Positions 1 through 12,639 of a stretch of DNA of 64,000 nucleotides are shown one piece after another. The notes beneath the pieces were generated by a model that made no database searches, was not told the DNA's origin, and saw only the letters and a list, made by a program, of their open reading frames with translations. The position numbers and the translations under genes were made by a program. Location of the stretch: the NCBI RefSeq assembly GCF_009914755.1, contig NC_060942.1, one strand, 5' to 3'. Numbering within the stretch: the first letter of the stretch is position 1; each line of letters opens with the position of its first letter. This DNA comes from the human T2T-CHM13v2.0 reference genome, Homo sapiens.

Positions 1-1019
1 GGTCGCATATATTGAGAAATAATAACGCAACGGGAATTGGAATATGCAAATTCCAAATGGCCAGTGCAGACATTACAGGTAAGCCAGCCAAATCCTGAAA
101 AGAAGATATTCTTGTGTTCAAGGAACAGGAACAAGGGGAATAAAAAGGAATCTAACTCTTCACCTCCTTACTGATAGGGTGATGTGGCCAAGGGTAACTT
201 TCCCCAAATCCAGGACCATCTTAATGTGCTGAGATAGCTCAGGTCCTGGAACAATTCCTTTTCTCCTGAGTAGTGCTGAGATGGTTGCTGCCAATCCTTG
301 CTTCCTCTCTTCTCTTTTGTTCAATCTCAGTGGTAAACACCACCCCCACTGCCCACCTGCCACTTCCCACCAGAAAGATTACATGTTGATATGACAGCTC
401 AACTTAGAGGAGGCAGTTGCATTTTCTGGCTCTTCTAGTTCTTAGGGGAATCCACTGTCAAGACTGAAAATGCCCCCAAAGAGGCATTTTAAAAGTCACT
501 TGTGGACATAAACAACTTAGTGTGAATAAATTCGTAACTCATTTTTCTTCCACTACAGAGTGGAATAATAGAATGGGCACCTTAAGGGGAGTTTCTCGTA
601 CAAAGCAGGAATTTCCGAATAGGGAAGAGTCTAGAAAAGCAGTTGAATTTGAGAAATTTGGTGATAAGGTAGCAGAATGAGAATATCTAAGGGAAGAACA
701 TGAATAATTTAATAAGCAGATTATATAACAAAGTTAGAAGAGAAGAGAGACAAAAAGATAGATATATCAACTGGGCTAAAATTATGCCTATTATAAACTA
801 ATAGTGACAGAGTAAGTAGTGGCTTGGACACTGTGGTTGCTGAAATGATGATCTCAACAGCAATGAATCAGGTGTCTGGGTTGCTTAGATAGAGTGTGGT
901 TAAATGAATAAACTAATTTGTTAGTCATATATCTCAGCTGTTCCTAGTTGTAGAGACTAAATTAAGGGTAGTTTCTCTTTTCCTGTGGACATTAATTACT
1001 TTTACTTTGGAAGAGTAAC

Positions 1020-1394
1020 TGATATGGTTAGGTTTTTTGTCCCCACCCAAATCTCATCTTGAATTATAATCGTCATAATCCCTGCATGTCAAGGGACAGA
1101 CCAGGTGGAGGTAACTGGATTATAGGGGCAGTTTCCCCCATGCTGTTGTCCTGATAGTGAGTTCTCCCAAGATCTGATGGTTTTATAAGAGGCTCTTCCC
1201 CCTTCGCTTGGCAATTCTCCTTCCTTGCACCTTGTGAAGAAGGTGCCTTGCTTTCCCGTCACTTTCCATCATGATTGTAAGTTTCCTCAGGCTTCCCCAG
1301 CCATGCTGAACTGTGAGTCAATTAAACCTCTTTTCTTTGTAAATTACCCAGTTTCAGGAAGTTCTTTATAGCAGTATGAAAGTGGACTTATAGT
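1020..1394 (+). mobile_element. THE1D-like MaLR solo LTR
   Basis: Begins TGATATGGTT and contains CCCCACCCAAATCTCATCTTGAATT, GATCTGATGGTTTTATAAG and CTGTGAGTCAATTAAACCTCTTT. Perfect 5-bp TSD GTAAC at 1015-1019 and 1395-1399. Confidence 0.93.
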
Positions 1395-4300
1395 GTAACC
1401 TCACTTGTTTATTGTCTAAGCCAAAAAGGCAAAGCTGCAACTAATAAGGGATTTCATTAATGGGGCTGCTCATGACAAACTGAGGGACAGTCTTTACTTT
1501 CCTATAATTGAAAAAATAAAACTCTTCCTTTTCTCCCCAAAACTCAATTTCACACATCATGTGTGGTTTATTTAAACATCCCCTCTTCCATGAAGGCTCC
1601 CATGATTGCCCAGCACAGGTGATTTTTCTTTCCCAAATTTTTGTACAGTTTATCACTCTTGTATCATCAGTGTTTGTGTTTGATTTTGAAGCCCTTTCCA
1701 TGTGTCCTATTTATACACCTTGCTTGGATGAGCAGTTAAACTCTGGAGGTAAGAAGTTTCTGAGACCTAAAGCTGCTCTTTTAACCTCCTGGAAACTCAA
1801 TTTTCTTATCTATTAAGATAAGGAAATGGGAATATAAGCCTCAAAGTTCTCTTCCAGTTCTAGTATTTTGTGAAACTTTGTGATGCTTTTCTTGTCATCC
1901 TAAATCTACCAGGTGCAATAGGAAAGGACAATGGAATAAATCGCAGGCTCATGAAAATATTTGTTTTATTACACAGGGGTGAGCTATTTTATCACTTTCA
2001 CATACATATTTCTAAAAATGGTCTTTAAAGTTTTTTTTTTCTATTGTAAATTTTCCTAAAAGTTCTTCAATCAAGCTAAATAGTCTAAAAAAGTGATTGC
2101 ATTCTCTCGGTTTCAATTCCTGTTTTCCTAGAGAACTATGAAAGATGGAAAGGAAAATATATATCTTTCTTTGTTTAATTTGCACCATCCTGTGTTCAAT
2201 TCAATTTAAGTAAATATTATAACAGCAAGGCTTGGTACTGGGCTCCAGGCACACCATAGGTATTTTCAAATGGCAGCCTGCCACATGCAGCAGCAGCAGC
2301 AGAAATTGGGTTAAGAAAAATCGTAACCCAATGCGACCACCCTACATTGGCTGTGCCTCTGGACTGCTGGTTCTGCAACTAAAACTTAGGAACTCTGTGT
2401 TTCAGCAGAATCAAATTATTGCTTAAAAAATCATTTTTTTCATTAAATCAATAAAAAATCATTTTATTCTAACATGTTGTATCACCAGACATCTTTCCAG
2501 CCACAGTTGCTTATGTATGTTTCTGAGGAGATCGAGCTGTTTGAAACCTTCTACTCATGCAATTCTTACTTGTGAGCTCTTCCCACAGCTCTTGATGCAA
2601 TTAGCATACTGGAATATTAAACAGAGGTAATTTTATCATGCAATCAAGAATGCTTCAGCTAGGGCTATATGTTAGTTATCACTGAAAACTATAAGAAAAA
2701 AGAGAAGTAACATTTCTCACAGGTGAGAAAAAGCACATAAGCCTGTAAACACTTAGGAGATGGTGGCTTGTGTTTTCATATTATTGTTAAGATGCATGCT
2801 AGTGTTCTTTGGAAATACCTTGATTGTGTTCATTGGCATTATACAAAAGGGGATAAAATAATCAATGTCCCATTGAACAGAGAAGATGGGGAGAGAATTT
2901 GTGGTAGCCTCAGGTGAAGCCCAAAGATTGGACCACTGGATTTGGATAGATTTTATCTTTTCTATTTTCTTTGCAATCTGTAGTCACCCTTGAAAAGAGG
3001 TTTTATTGCTGAGTGGGGTTCCAGGTTATTACTGGTCTCAGGAGTACAAAGAACTGGAGTCTCCTTTTTCCAAGGGTCCCCTGGCAATGCCATTTGATAA
3101 TATAGCAGCAAACACTTTTGCTCTGTCTTCCTGGGGGCTGTTAATTCAAATGCGGATGAAAAATGTGGGTTTGTCTTTTCTGCCACTCTCTTAATCAAGG
3201 CGATTTTCTGAAATGCAACTGTAGAAAATAGACTTTTTTATTTTAGGATCAACAACAGTTTTTACAATGTTAGGCAAACCTAAGCCCCTCCTTAAAATGT
3301 CAGGAAAACAAAAACCGTTCCCACCTGAAAGGCCTCTTCACTTGTCTTGAAAGGATTTTTAGGCTGTTTCCCTTAAGCTGCTTTCTCCTTCTGTGCAACT
3401 TCCCAATCCCATTCACAAACTGTTGCCATGGTAAATAATTATATCACAGATGAATTGTGTACACTTCCTTTTCATAGCTGGAAGAGAAATTGTAGAGGAA
3501 AGGGGAAAAAATCAAAATCCTTTAAAATTACAGGGGAGATAGCAGAGGAACGATTGCCTCCTCATTAACATAATTAGCTCCATGAATTATAAATTGGTAT
3601 TAGAACTTGCTCTTCATGACAAAAGGAGTAATTATATTTACTCATGTAAAATTAAACAATACCAAAAAAAATTAATGGGACTCACCAGAAGCTCTCTTGA
3701 CATTATCATAAAATTCAGAGATGTGAATATCCCACAATCTGAAGTGATCTAAGCAGCAAAAACCTTAATGCTGCTCAAATTTGCTGTGTAGAAGTATATC
3801 TCCTGGCTAGTTTATAATTACACTCCCATGCTCAAAAAAACCACACATCACAACAACAACAACAAACAACTCTTAAATTTTTTTTCATAGATTGACACAC
3901 AGAAAAGCCCAGATTTTCTGAACCCAAGTGGGATGTGGAAGTAAATTTCACAAGATTTTTTTTTTTCTTATTGACTGTTCTAAAGTCAAAGCCTCCAGAA
4001 TAGAGGGCGACCTGTGAATTTAAACAACTCTCAAATGTATCTAAAAATGGGATTGACATGGGAGAAGGTTGACTTGTCTAACTAGCTTTGCACACTCAGA
4101 AAGATTTCCCATAGGGGAGGGATAGTTATGTGTCAGAATGGTAATGTGGTGAGGTCTCTGCATATCTGATCGAGGTACCTGAAGACTAATGATTGCCAGC
4201 ATCTCACAGCAGTGGATTCCTGGCTTAGCCCTAGTAAATAAGAACAAGTAGAGACGAGCCATTTTTGTATCCAATTATGTAAAAGCTGCTATAGATGGTC

Positions 4301-5359
4301 ACAGGTAATTTTGGTCCTTTAAACAATTGTGGGATAATCTTTCCATTCCTTTTTAAGAGGCTGGGTAATTTCTAAGCTGATAACCCAAACTATCTTCTAA
4401 AAATTCTTACTTTGTTTATTGATTCTATTTTTCTCCACAATTGGATGTGACTGTTCCATTGCCTATGTTTCCTCTCTCTGGCCAGACTCTGACATCCTGG
4501 ACATGAGTCCCACTCTTTGTGCTAGACACAGGTTTAAAAGACAATCACATTTCACCCAGAAACCTCTCTTTATGGGATCTGACTACCTTAAAATATGCTA
4601 TAAAATCTTCCAAAACATCTACTCACTTCTACCTGCCATTGTGTTTGGAATTCCTTCCACTGCTTACTCTTGTAAGGTAAATCACAGAAACCTCCTTTCA
4701 TATATATCATTAATGTACTGACAAATATATCTAATCTAGAATATTAGACCTTTCATGAAGCTATTGAACCAACTGTAAGAAACCAGGGAAAGGGAAAAGT
4801 CACCTGAATCCTAGGTAGGAGTGCTTAGAATGAATGCAGATATCTTTGGAGAAAACTTCAGTTTATGCATTCATTCAGCTACTGAGTCTGCTTTGCACGA
4901 GATCTGCAACATGTACAACTGTACAGTGCATGCTAGGAATGGGAGAAAGAGAGCAGCAAATAAAATTGAAAGATGTTTTTTGTATTTCCAGAATTTATGA
5001 ATCTTTAAAACATAGTCCATCATTTGGAATAATATGTAGTCAAAATTATGTTTACAATGAATCCCTAAGAATATGACAAAATGGTTAAATCATATGTTAA
5101 GTGAAAAAGCAAGCTATAAAATTGCTATTCTAATGATGCCTGGTATGTGCATATGGGATGACAATCTGTCACTCCCTTTCCTCCTGTCCATCCTTCCCAC
5201 TACAGGACTTCCTAGAGCCCAGATTGATTTACTTTGCTATTGGGAGTATTTTCTCATTTGTCTCTCAATTTGCATCTCAGAGTGTCAATTTAGGCCAGTT
5301 GATTGGACAACTGGAGGAGGCTATACCTCTGGGAAGCATCAGCATTGCCCACCTCAGGG

Positions 5360-5799
5360 TATCACTCAGGGTCCCATCAGGAAACAGATGGTGTACTCAA
5401 ATGAGTAACTGAGGAGAGATTAATAAATGACTACGTATAAAAATACAAGCAGGATTAAGAGAAACCAATAAGAGATGGTGCTCTCTTAATTGATTTTCTT
5501 CTTAACTTGAAAAGGGAAGATATAGGACAGGAACACAGGCAGGAGTTGTGGCCTTTGGTAGAAGAACACAGCCAACCTGTGGCAACTTGGCCAGATAGGA
5601 GCAAGAATGAATACCCCAGTTCAACACTCCACTGCCCTCTATTCATCTATAGGTAACTTCCAGTGGCCAAGCCCAAGAGGAAGCCAGAAGGCTAGTGCCA
5701 TTTCATTTATTTCATGAAGATTAGCTCCCTGTGGCACAAAGTGTGATGGGGAAGTGTTAAGAGTGTGTTTGGAGGAACAAAAACAAAATAACTTACACA
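5360..5799 (-). mobile_element. Old ERVL LTR, LTR33-like
   Basis: TCAGGGTCCCATCAGGAAACAGATGG...GAGGAGAGATTAATAAA and GGAAGCCAGAAGGC...GGAGGAACAAAA...CACA match my recall of the reverse-complement LTR33 consensus. Confidence 0.7.
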
Positions 5800-6935
5800 A
5801 ATGAGTGACCAGGTGAGACCAAGAAACAACTTTTTGAAATATTAGCAAATTTTTCACTGTGGAAGCTTATATATTTCCAAATAAAAATGTTGTCCTGAAA
5901 TTTAAAAATTATGATTTTGAAAATCTAGTGTGATTTTTTACTATAAACTATCTCTGATTTTGAAGGTCAAAGCATTTTTTGAACCATATGAATCATGCAG
6001 TTTAGTCAAATATTTTTGGACTAATTTTTAAAAACCTGAGATGCCTCACCAATAACACATTTTCAAAAACTATTTCATTATACTAATATATGAATGAGGG
6101 AATGAATAGTAGAATCACCTGAAAATAGTCTCCTTATCGTTAGTAAGATCTTTGATTGGATTTTGCTGGTCTTTTGCTCATAATCTTATTTCCCTCACCT
6201 CAGTTGTCTCCACTTTGAGCATCCAAGGAGGTCAGTTGTGGTTTTCCCTCAAGTCATGGGTCATGAGACTCATGCAATGTTTTACATTAAGGCTACTGGG
6301 TAAAAAAAAAAAAAAAAAAAATCTGATTTTCTAATGATGCGACATGGTAGATTTTTATTTACAATTACTATGTTATCTTTTCTAAACAACTCATTAAATA
6401 CATGCACCATTGTTATTTACAGCAGGGAAAATTGATACTCTGAGTATTTCTTTTTTTTTCTTCAGGTTAATAACAGACTGATACTAAATAATGCAAAAGT
6501 CTTTTTTTTGGATTTTTTTTGTGAGGCCATATTAAACTTTGTCCTTTTAAAAATGACTCTCTGCACTTGCTTCCTAGATGATCTATGAAACCTATCCTAT
6601 ATATCTCTCTGTTAGCATATAGCTTCTATTTTATTGATACTGCATAACCACATAAAGATTTTTGATAATAAAATTATCTTTGTCATAAATAGAGACTAAT
6701 GTCTTTTTAATGTGGTGGACATTAAAAGCAACTGGAGAAGAAGAACTAGAGTTAAAAATAACAAATAAAATAAGAAACAATGGTGTACTTACAGATGCTA
6801 TGTGTGGTAAAGTCTGATGGTACACAGAAAAAACAAAAACTATATGGGAATGGAAAATGCAGGGCACCTATATTATCATAAATGTTCCATTCCATGGAAC
6901 ACACTGAAGCTACATCCCAGCCTGGCTTCTTCTTC

Positions 6936-7243
6936 TTCTTCTTTTTATTGTTTTTTTTTTCTTTTCTTTTCTTTTGAGATGGAGTCTAGCTCTGTCGCCC
7001 AGGCTGGAGTACCGTAGCATGATCTCTGCTCACTTCAACCTCAGCCTCCAGGGTTCAAGTGATTCTCCTGCCTCAGCCTGTGGAGTAGCTGGGATTACAG
7101 GTGCATGCCACCATGCCCAGCTAATTTTTGTATTTTTTTAAAGTAGATGCGGGTTTCACCATGCTGGCCAGGCTGGTCTCAAACTCCTGATCTCAGGTGA
7201 TCTGCCCACCTCAGCCTCCCATAGTGCTGGGATTACAAGCATA
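6936..7243 (-). mobile_element. AluS (Sx/Sz-like), slightly 5'-truncated
   Basis: T-rich tail followed by GAGATGGAGTCT..CGCCCAGGCTGGAGT, both monomers and CTCAGGTGATCTGCCCACCTC. Probable TSD CTGGCTT(C/A)TTCTTC at 6922 and 7248. Confidence 0.96.
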
Positions 7244-7624
7244 CAAGCTGGCTTATTCTTCAAACCTTGATGAAGTTTTACAATCTTGCTCATTGTGTTG
7301 CCATCAGCCTCCCAGTCCCATTGGATCAAAGCCAACCATGAATTCTGCAAATGCTCAAATTATCAGAATTGATTTTTCAATCCTTCAGTTTCCAAAGCAA
7401 ATAACCTTTAAAAATGATACATTATGACTTTATAGTAGTTAAACGAACATACTTTCTTTTGTATTATGTTTGCATTGAAAATATAGTGCACATTATGATT
7501 TGCAACTGTAGAATTTGAGTATATAACATTACTCAGTGCTTACTCATACTCACTGAGTCATCAAGCAAGGAGATTTGGAACAATACAATACAATTTTACA
7601 ATAACAGCAACTATGAAATCTTTT

Positions 7625-7970
7625 ATGATTAATGCCAGATACTGTGGTAAAATCTTGATAGAAATTACTTAATTTTACCTTCTTAATAACTCTAAGGGTC
7701 GTTATAATTCCAATGTTAGAGTGGAAGAAATTCAGGTTCAGAGGATTGTGTAGGACCACCCAGCTAGGACCCAATACATACCCTACAGTAATCAGGAATA
7801 TCAATGATTCAGGAGATAACTTTCACAATGATTTTATGAAGTAAGTATCGCATTAATGTTATAGATGAGTAAATTGTATTCAGAGAAAATAAGTGGCATT
7901 CCCAAGGCCATATAGGTGCCACAGTTACATCTGGGGCTTGAATTTAAGGATGCCAGCTTCTCAAGCTAAA
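7625..7970 (-). mobile_element. Two adjacent MIR fragments
   Basis: Degenerate reverse MIR cores: GAAGAAATTCAGGTTCAGAGG (about 7725) and ATAGATGAGTAAATTGTATTCAGAGAAAATAAGTGGCATTCCCAAGGCCA (7861-7910). Confidence 0.6.
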
Positions 7971-9749
7971 GTATGTTTTCTTTCTACTCTCAACCAAATG
8001 TCTGCCTACTAAAAGTCATGAATTTAAAATTGTATAACCTGCCTAGCTCCCAAATGAAAAGTCAGAGAGTATTTGACGACAAGCTTCTTTGGGTCAGAAC
8101 TTGCTTCTTCCTTCATAACTTGGCAGCTAGTTCCCATTATTGGCAGTAAAATAAGAACTCCACATGCATTGTTATCCATCTGAAGGTCAGAGAAGGAAGT
8201 TCAGCTGATTCGAAGTCACACGTGCATCTGAAAATAGGGGAGCTCATTAGCAGTCATAGGTCAAAAAAGTAGTGAAAACAAGATCACACTATAAATAGGC
8301 AAACAATAGATTGCAGCATTTGAGATAATAGCCACGTACACATCTAAGCTCTCCATTGGTTGGGTGCTGAGAAACTACCTCAGTAACAAATGCTGCTGGA
8401 GGTCTGAATAGCATTCAGAATGGCTTCTTGCCTGCTGGCTGAAATCCTCATCAGGGCAAGCTCCAAAAAGAACTTATTTCACCTAAAGCCTGTCGACTTC
8501 TATTAGATCACCCTGGGCATTAATTTCAATTTTCATGTTTCTGCACCACGAAAAAAAAGAAAGAAAAAAAAAAGCCTTTATATGTGCCAAAGCTTAGCTG
8601 CCAACTGTTGAGGAAAAAAAATTTGATTTCTATTGAATACTGCACTTTGGAATGAAAGAAAACAACGTCTAAATGAAGCTGAGGCTCTCAGTCACCTATG
8701 CCTATATTACTGTGAAATCAATTATGTGGGCTCTCTCGAAAGTTACTGATTGTAGCAAATTGAATGACCTTTATTTCAGCATAATTTGGAGAGGTTGATG
8801 TAATCAGAGACCTTACACCACGGTGAGATACAAGATTCGTGATATTCAGATGGGAGAAAAGCTACAGTGGTTAAGCTTGTTCCGTACCTTCCACTTACCT
8901 GCTGCAACGCTTTCATAAGTACAAATGAAATTGTTTTGATGAAGGCAGCAATGTTGCTGAAGGAATGAGTGAAGGGGTGAGGGAGTGGAAATGAGGTTGC
9001 TGGGAATCACACTATTGTCTTCATATGTAAGGAGGCTGAAGAATCTAATCCTAGGCCTAATTGGCTGCAAATGAAACACTTTAATATCAAATCTTGAGAT
9101 ATGCCCCAGAGCTGAAGTTCAAGCTTAGATGTGAGGAGAGGGTGAAATGCTTGATTTTTTCTTGCTGTAACTGTTTGTTCCACTTCATTCCTTTGGGAGT
9201 CTAGAGGCTCAAATAATTGCTCTTCAAATTATAAATTGATTCTCTTCAACCCCAAGACAATTTTTGGCTTGAGAAAATTCATGGCAGGTTTGGTTTCATT
9301 ACATTTGCCTAGGTGAAAGCTATTGTATGCATTTATATATGTGATGTAGCATGTTTGCAATCAAGTATTCCTACTTTGTAGTAGGTCAGGCATCATTGCC
9401 CAATGCAAAGGCAATATGGTTTGCTCTAAATCAACACAACGTGATCATACTCTATCAAGGGTCTGGGACTTACATGAGCACAGGTTACATAAGGGAGGTA
9501 CAACAAGCTAAATAGAAACGTACTTCTTACAAGACACTGTGAACATATTCTAGCTTTGAGTATTAATATGTTTTCAACTTGGAGAGAGACAGCAGGGCTC
9601 TTTCTTTTGCATGCGTAATTCTTTTTATTTATTCTTTTTTCATCAATTCCAAAAGCCCAGCTCAAGAATAAATGAAAAATGGCAATCTTTTTTTTTCTTT
9701 TTTCCTGAGCATTGAAATTTCCCTCATTTGGAACTAACTCTTGGCCAGA

Positions 9750-9950
9750 GTTGAGAGACCTCGATGTAATGAGAGGAAAAGGACCCGAATTCAATCTCAA
9801 TTCTTTTACTGTGAATTCTTGGTTTACCAGACTGAACGTTAGCATGTTCATTTGTACATGGGATTTATTTTGTAAGGAAATTGAAGACTTACAAAATGCG
9901 TTTATGTCAGTGGGCATATAGTAAGTGTGAGAAAATGTCAGTTATTATAA
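9750..9950 (+). mobile_element. MIR fragment
   Basis: 3' MIR motif GGCATATAGTAAGTGTGAGAAAATGTCAGTTATTAT, compared with consensus GGCACATAGTAAGCGCTCAATAAATGTTAGCTATTAT. Confidence 0.55.
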
Positions 9951-10550
9951 TCCACCCAGCTACATTGTAAGACCCTTAAAAGAAACAATCATCCTTTTCT
10001 CTTAATATAGATTAACATCTGAGACATATTAGTAGGTGGTCAATTAATTCTTGTTTGACATAACATGATATATTGGAAAGAAAATATATTAGGGTTCAAG
10101 AGCTCTTAGTTCAACCCCAGAACTAATTGTACAATCTTGGAAAGAATATTGATTTTGCTCGGTCTTTCTGATCTAATTTATAAATAAAGAGATATATCTA
10201 AAAGCACCTATAAAACTTTCTTTAGACCTAAATTCTGAAAATAAAAAAAAATTTTTTAATCTAAAATGAAATTCAACAATATCCTTAATTTAAATGTGTG
10301 TATGTATTCATGTAGATGTGTATTAATGCATGTATGCAAGTCTGTCCTCAGTTGAACTAAGTTTCACATAAGAAGTCTAACACAAACATACACGTACAAG
10401 TGAAAACTTTCTATACTTTCAAATTATTTGAAGCACGATGACTCTACTATTCCACCCTATTTTTAAAATATATTTTATTGAATTATATTCAGAAAGACAT
10501 ATTATCAGCTAAGTAATAAATTAAAAACCAAACTAATGAAAAGTTAAGGC

Positions 10551-10607
10551 AGAGAGAAAGAAAGAAAGAAAGAAAGGGAGGGAAGGAGAGAGAAAGAAAA
10601 AGAAACA

Positions 10608-10667
<60 letters not shown>

Positions 10668-10844
10668 AAAAAGAAAGAAAGAAAAAGAAGGAAAGAAAGA
10701 AAGAAAGGAAGAAAGGGAGGGAGGGAGAGAGAAAGAAAAAAAGAAAGAAAGAAAGAAAGAAAGAGAAAGAGAAAGAGAAAGAAAGAACGGAAGGAAAGAA
10801 GGAAGGAAGGAAGAAAGAAAGGAAGAAAGAAAGAAAGAAAGAAG
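10551..10844 (+). repeat. Compound (AAAG)n/(GGAA)n polypurine microsatellite
   Basis: About 294 bp of A/G with only two C residues. It includes 15 uninterrupted AAAG units at 10607-10666. Confidence 0.98.
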
Positions 10845-11040
10845 TTATTCAAGATTTTGAGTGAGTAAAATTTTTTGACAGACTGCTGAGGAGGCAGAAG
10901 AACTCATTGAGGGATCCTCTATTGAGCAACAAAGTCACCTGCTGGTAAGTACCAACCCCTAGAAAAATTAACCTCTGACCCCACGGACGTTAGGCTGGAG
11001 TTAATCAGTTTTATTGGGAATCATACAGTGGGAATCAGTA

Positions 11041-11681
11041 TGTATTAGTCTAGGTTTCCTCTCTCTCACACACACACTCATGTATGTACACACACACCCA
11101 CACACACAGGTATGTGTATATGTATACACACACACAAATTATATATATGTAATGTAATATCTATTTATTTCTCTCATATATATCTACATAGATTTGTATA
11201 CATGTGTATGTATACATACATATATAATAAAATACATTTTATTAACTTTCAGTTTAATGGAATATATATCACATATATATATGGAAGGAGAGAGAGAGAG
11301 TTGGCTTGTGCAGTTAATGAAGCTGAGAAGTTCAAGATCTGCAGCTTGTGATTGTACTGGTATAGTACCAGCCCCGGTCCAAAGATCTGAGAAACAGGAA
11401 AGGTGATGGTGCCATTTCCTGCACAAATCTGAAGACAGAAGAGCAATGTCTCAGCTCAAAGACAATCAAGTAGAGAGAAAACATTCTCCCTTTTTTTCTA
11501 TTCAGGACTTCAGCCGATTAGATCAGAACTACACACATTTGGAATCTGCCCTACTCAGTCTGCCAATTCAAATATTAATCTCATCCAAAAGCCCCTCACA
11601 TATACAACAGAAATAAAGATTAACCAAATATGTGGGCACTCCATAGCTTAGTAAAGTTGACACATAAAATTAATCGTGATT
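11041..11681 (-). mobile_element. MLT2 (MLT2B/D-like) ERV-L 3' LTR with internal CA/TA microsatellite
   Basis: Starts TGTATTAGTC, has CA/TA/GA repeats at 11058-11300, contains GCTGAGAAGTTCAAGATCTGCAG and CTACTCAGTCTGCCAATTCAAATATTAATCTCATCCAAAA, and ends AAGTTGACACATAAAATTAA. Confidence 0.9.
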
Positions 11682-12074
11682 CCAACACTTGTCAATTTGG
11701 CACCCAGATAAAACTTTACAAACCATACTTAAACTCCAAATAAAGGCGCTAACAAGGTCATAATTTTACCTAACCTGATACAACTATCCTGTGCACAACC
11801 TGAAAGGCACTAACACCAGCTCCAGAAGAGGAGATAAAGTTTTTGAGTAATGTTTACTCTTCTCTTTGATATTATGCAACTTAAATACAATGACGTAAAA
11901 TGAACAATACTTAAATACTATGATATATAGCCAATATATCTTAAGTTACATGATGAGGAAATACGAGAGAGAAGAAAACTGTTTGCTTGATACACACAGG
12001 AACATATTTCAACCAAAATAAAGAGGGATACTCATGACAATCATAGTCTTTTTTTTTTCTGTAACTGATCACTT

Positions 12075-12540
12075 GATTGTAGCTGATATTTATAATATAA
12101 GTACCTTCTTCCACTGCCTATTCTGTATAACCTTTGCTTAATTCAAGCACCTCAGCTGGTTGTGGTTCTTTACCAAGTGGGGTGATGTAAACCTTTCTTC
12201 CTGAAGTGTCTGGGCCATGAGTAGTCCTTCCTGAATTGAGTTGTTGGAATTTCCCATTGACCTTAATTGAAGGGCATGCTAATACTAAATGACACCCAAA
12301 GTGATCTCTTGTATTCCAGACATCCTCTTTCTTACCTCTATTGTGGAGCAATAGTTCCATTTTCCCTTTGTAGTCGGGATTAATCACTTCAGTCAGCACA
12401 GTAACTTCCTTTTTTGCCTATTGATTTAGAAGCAGGAGGTATCCAAAGTGGCTGGGTGTTGTTCTCAACTACTAACTCAAGGGAACCATTGTTGTAACTA
12501 TTCCTTCCTTTGGAAGCAAGACCTCTAGGCCAGCAGAAGA
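12075..12540 (-). pseudogene. ERV-L dUTPase remnant
   Basis: ORF 12118..12399 reads VINPDYKGKMELLLHNRGKKEDVWNTRD...CPSIKVNGKFQQ...GRKVYITPLGKEPQPAEVL. This matches the ERV-L dUTPase motif-3 region (GVIDPDYQGEI..LLHN), with the catalytic Asp changed to Asn. Confidence 0.88.
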
Positions 12541-12639
12541 TAAGGTCACAAAAGGTAAGGAAGCAAAAATTTTGCTAGTGGTTCATGAGAGATAATAGTG
12601 AGCCATGACATTCCCATTTAGACCCCTTGATTCCTGGAC

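Noticed and set aside
420-620. Faint integrase-like peptide (QSGIIEW / NRMGTLR)
   Set aside because: Needs a frameshift and has no supporting motifs, too weak to call without a profile search.
9426-9917. 163-aa minus-strand ORF
   Set aside because: No recognisable domain, overlaps a MIR, and has AT-biased chance composition.
10544-10852. 102-aa F/L/S-rich ORF
   Set aside because: Translation of the (CTTT)n strand of the microsatellite, not a membrane protein.
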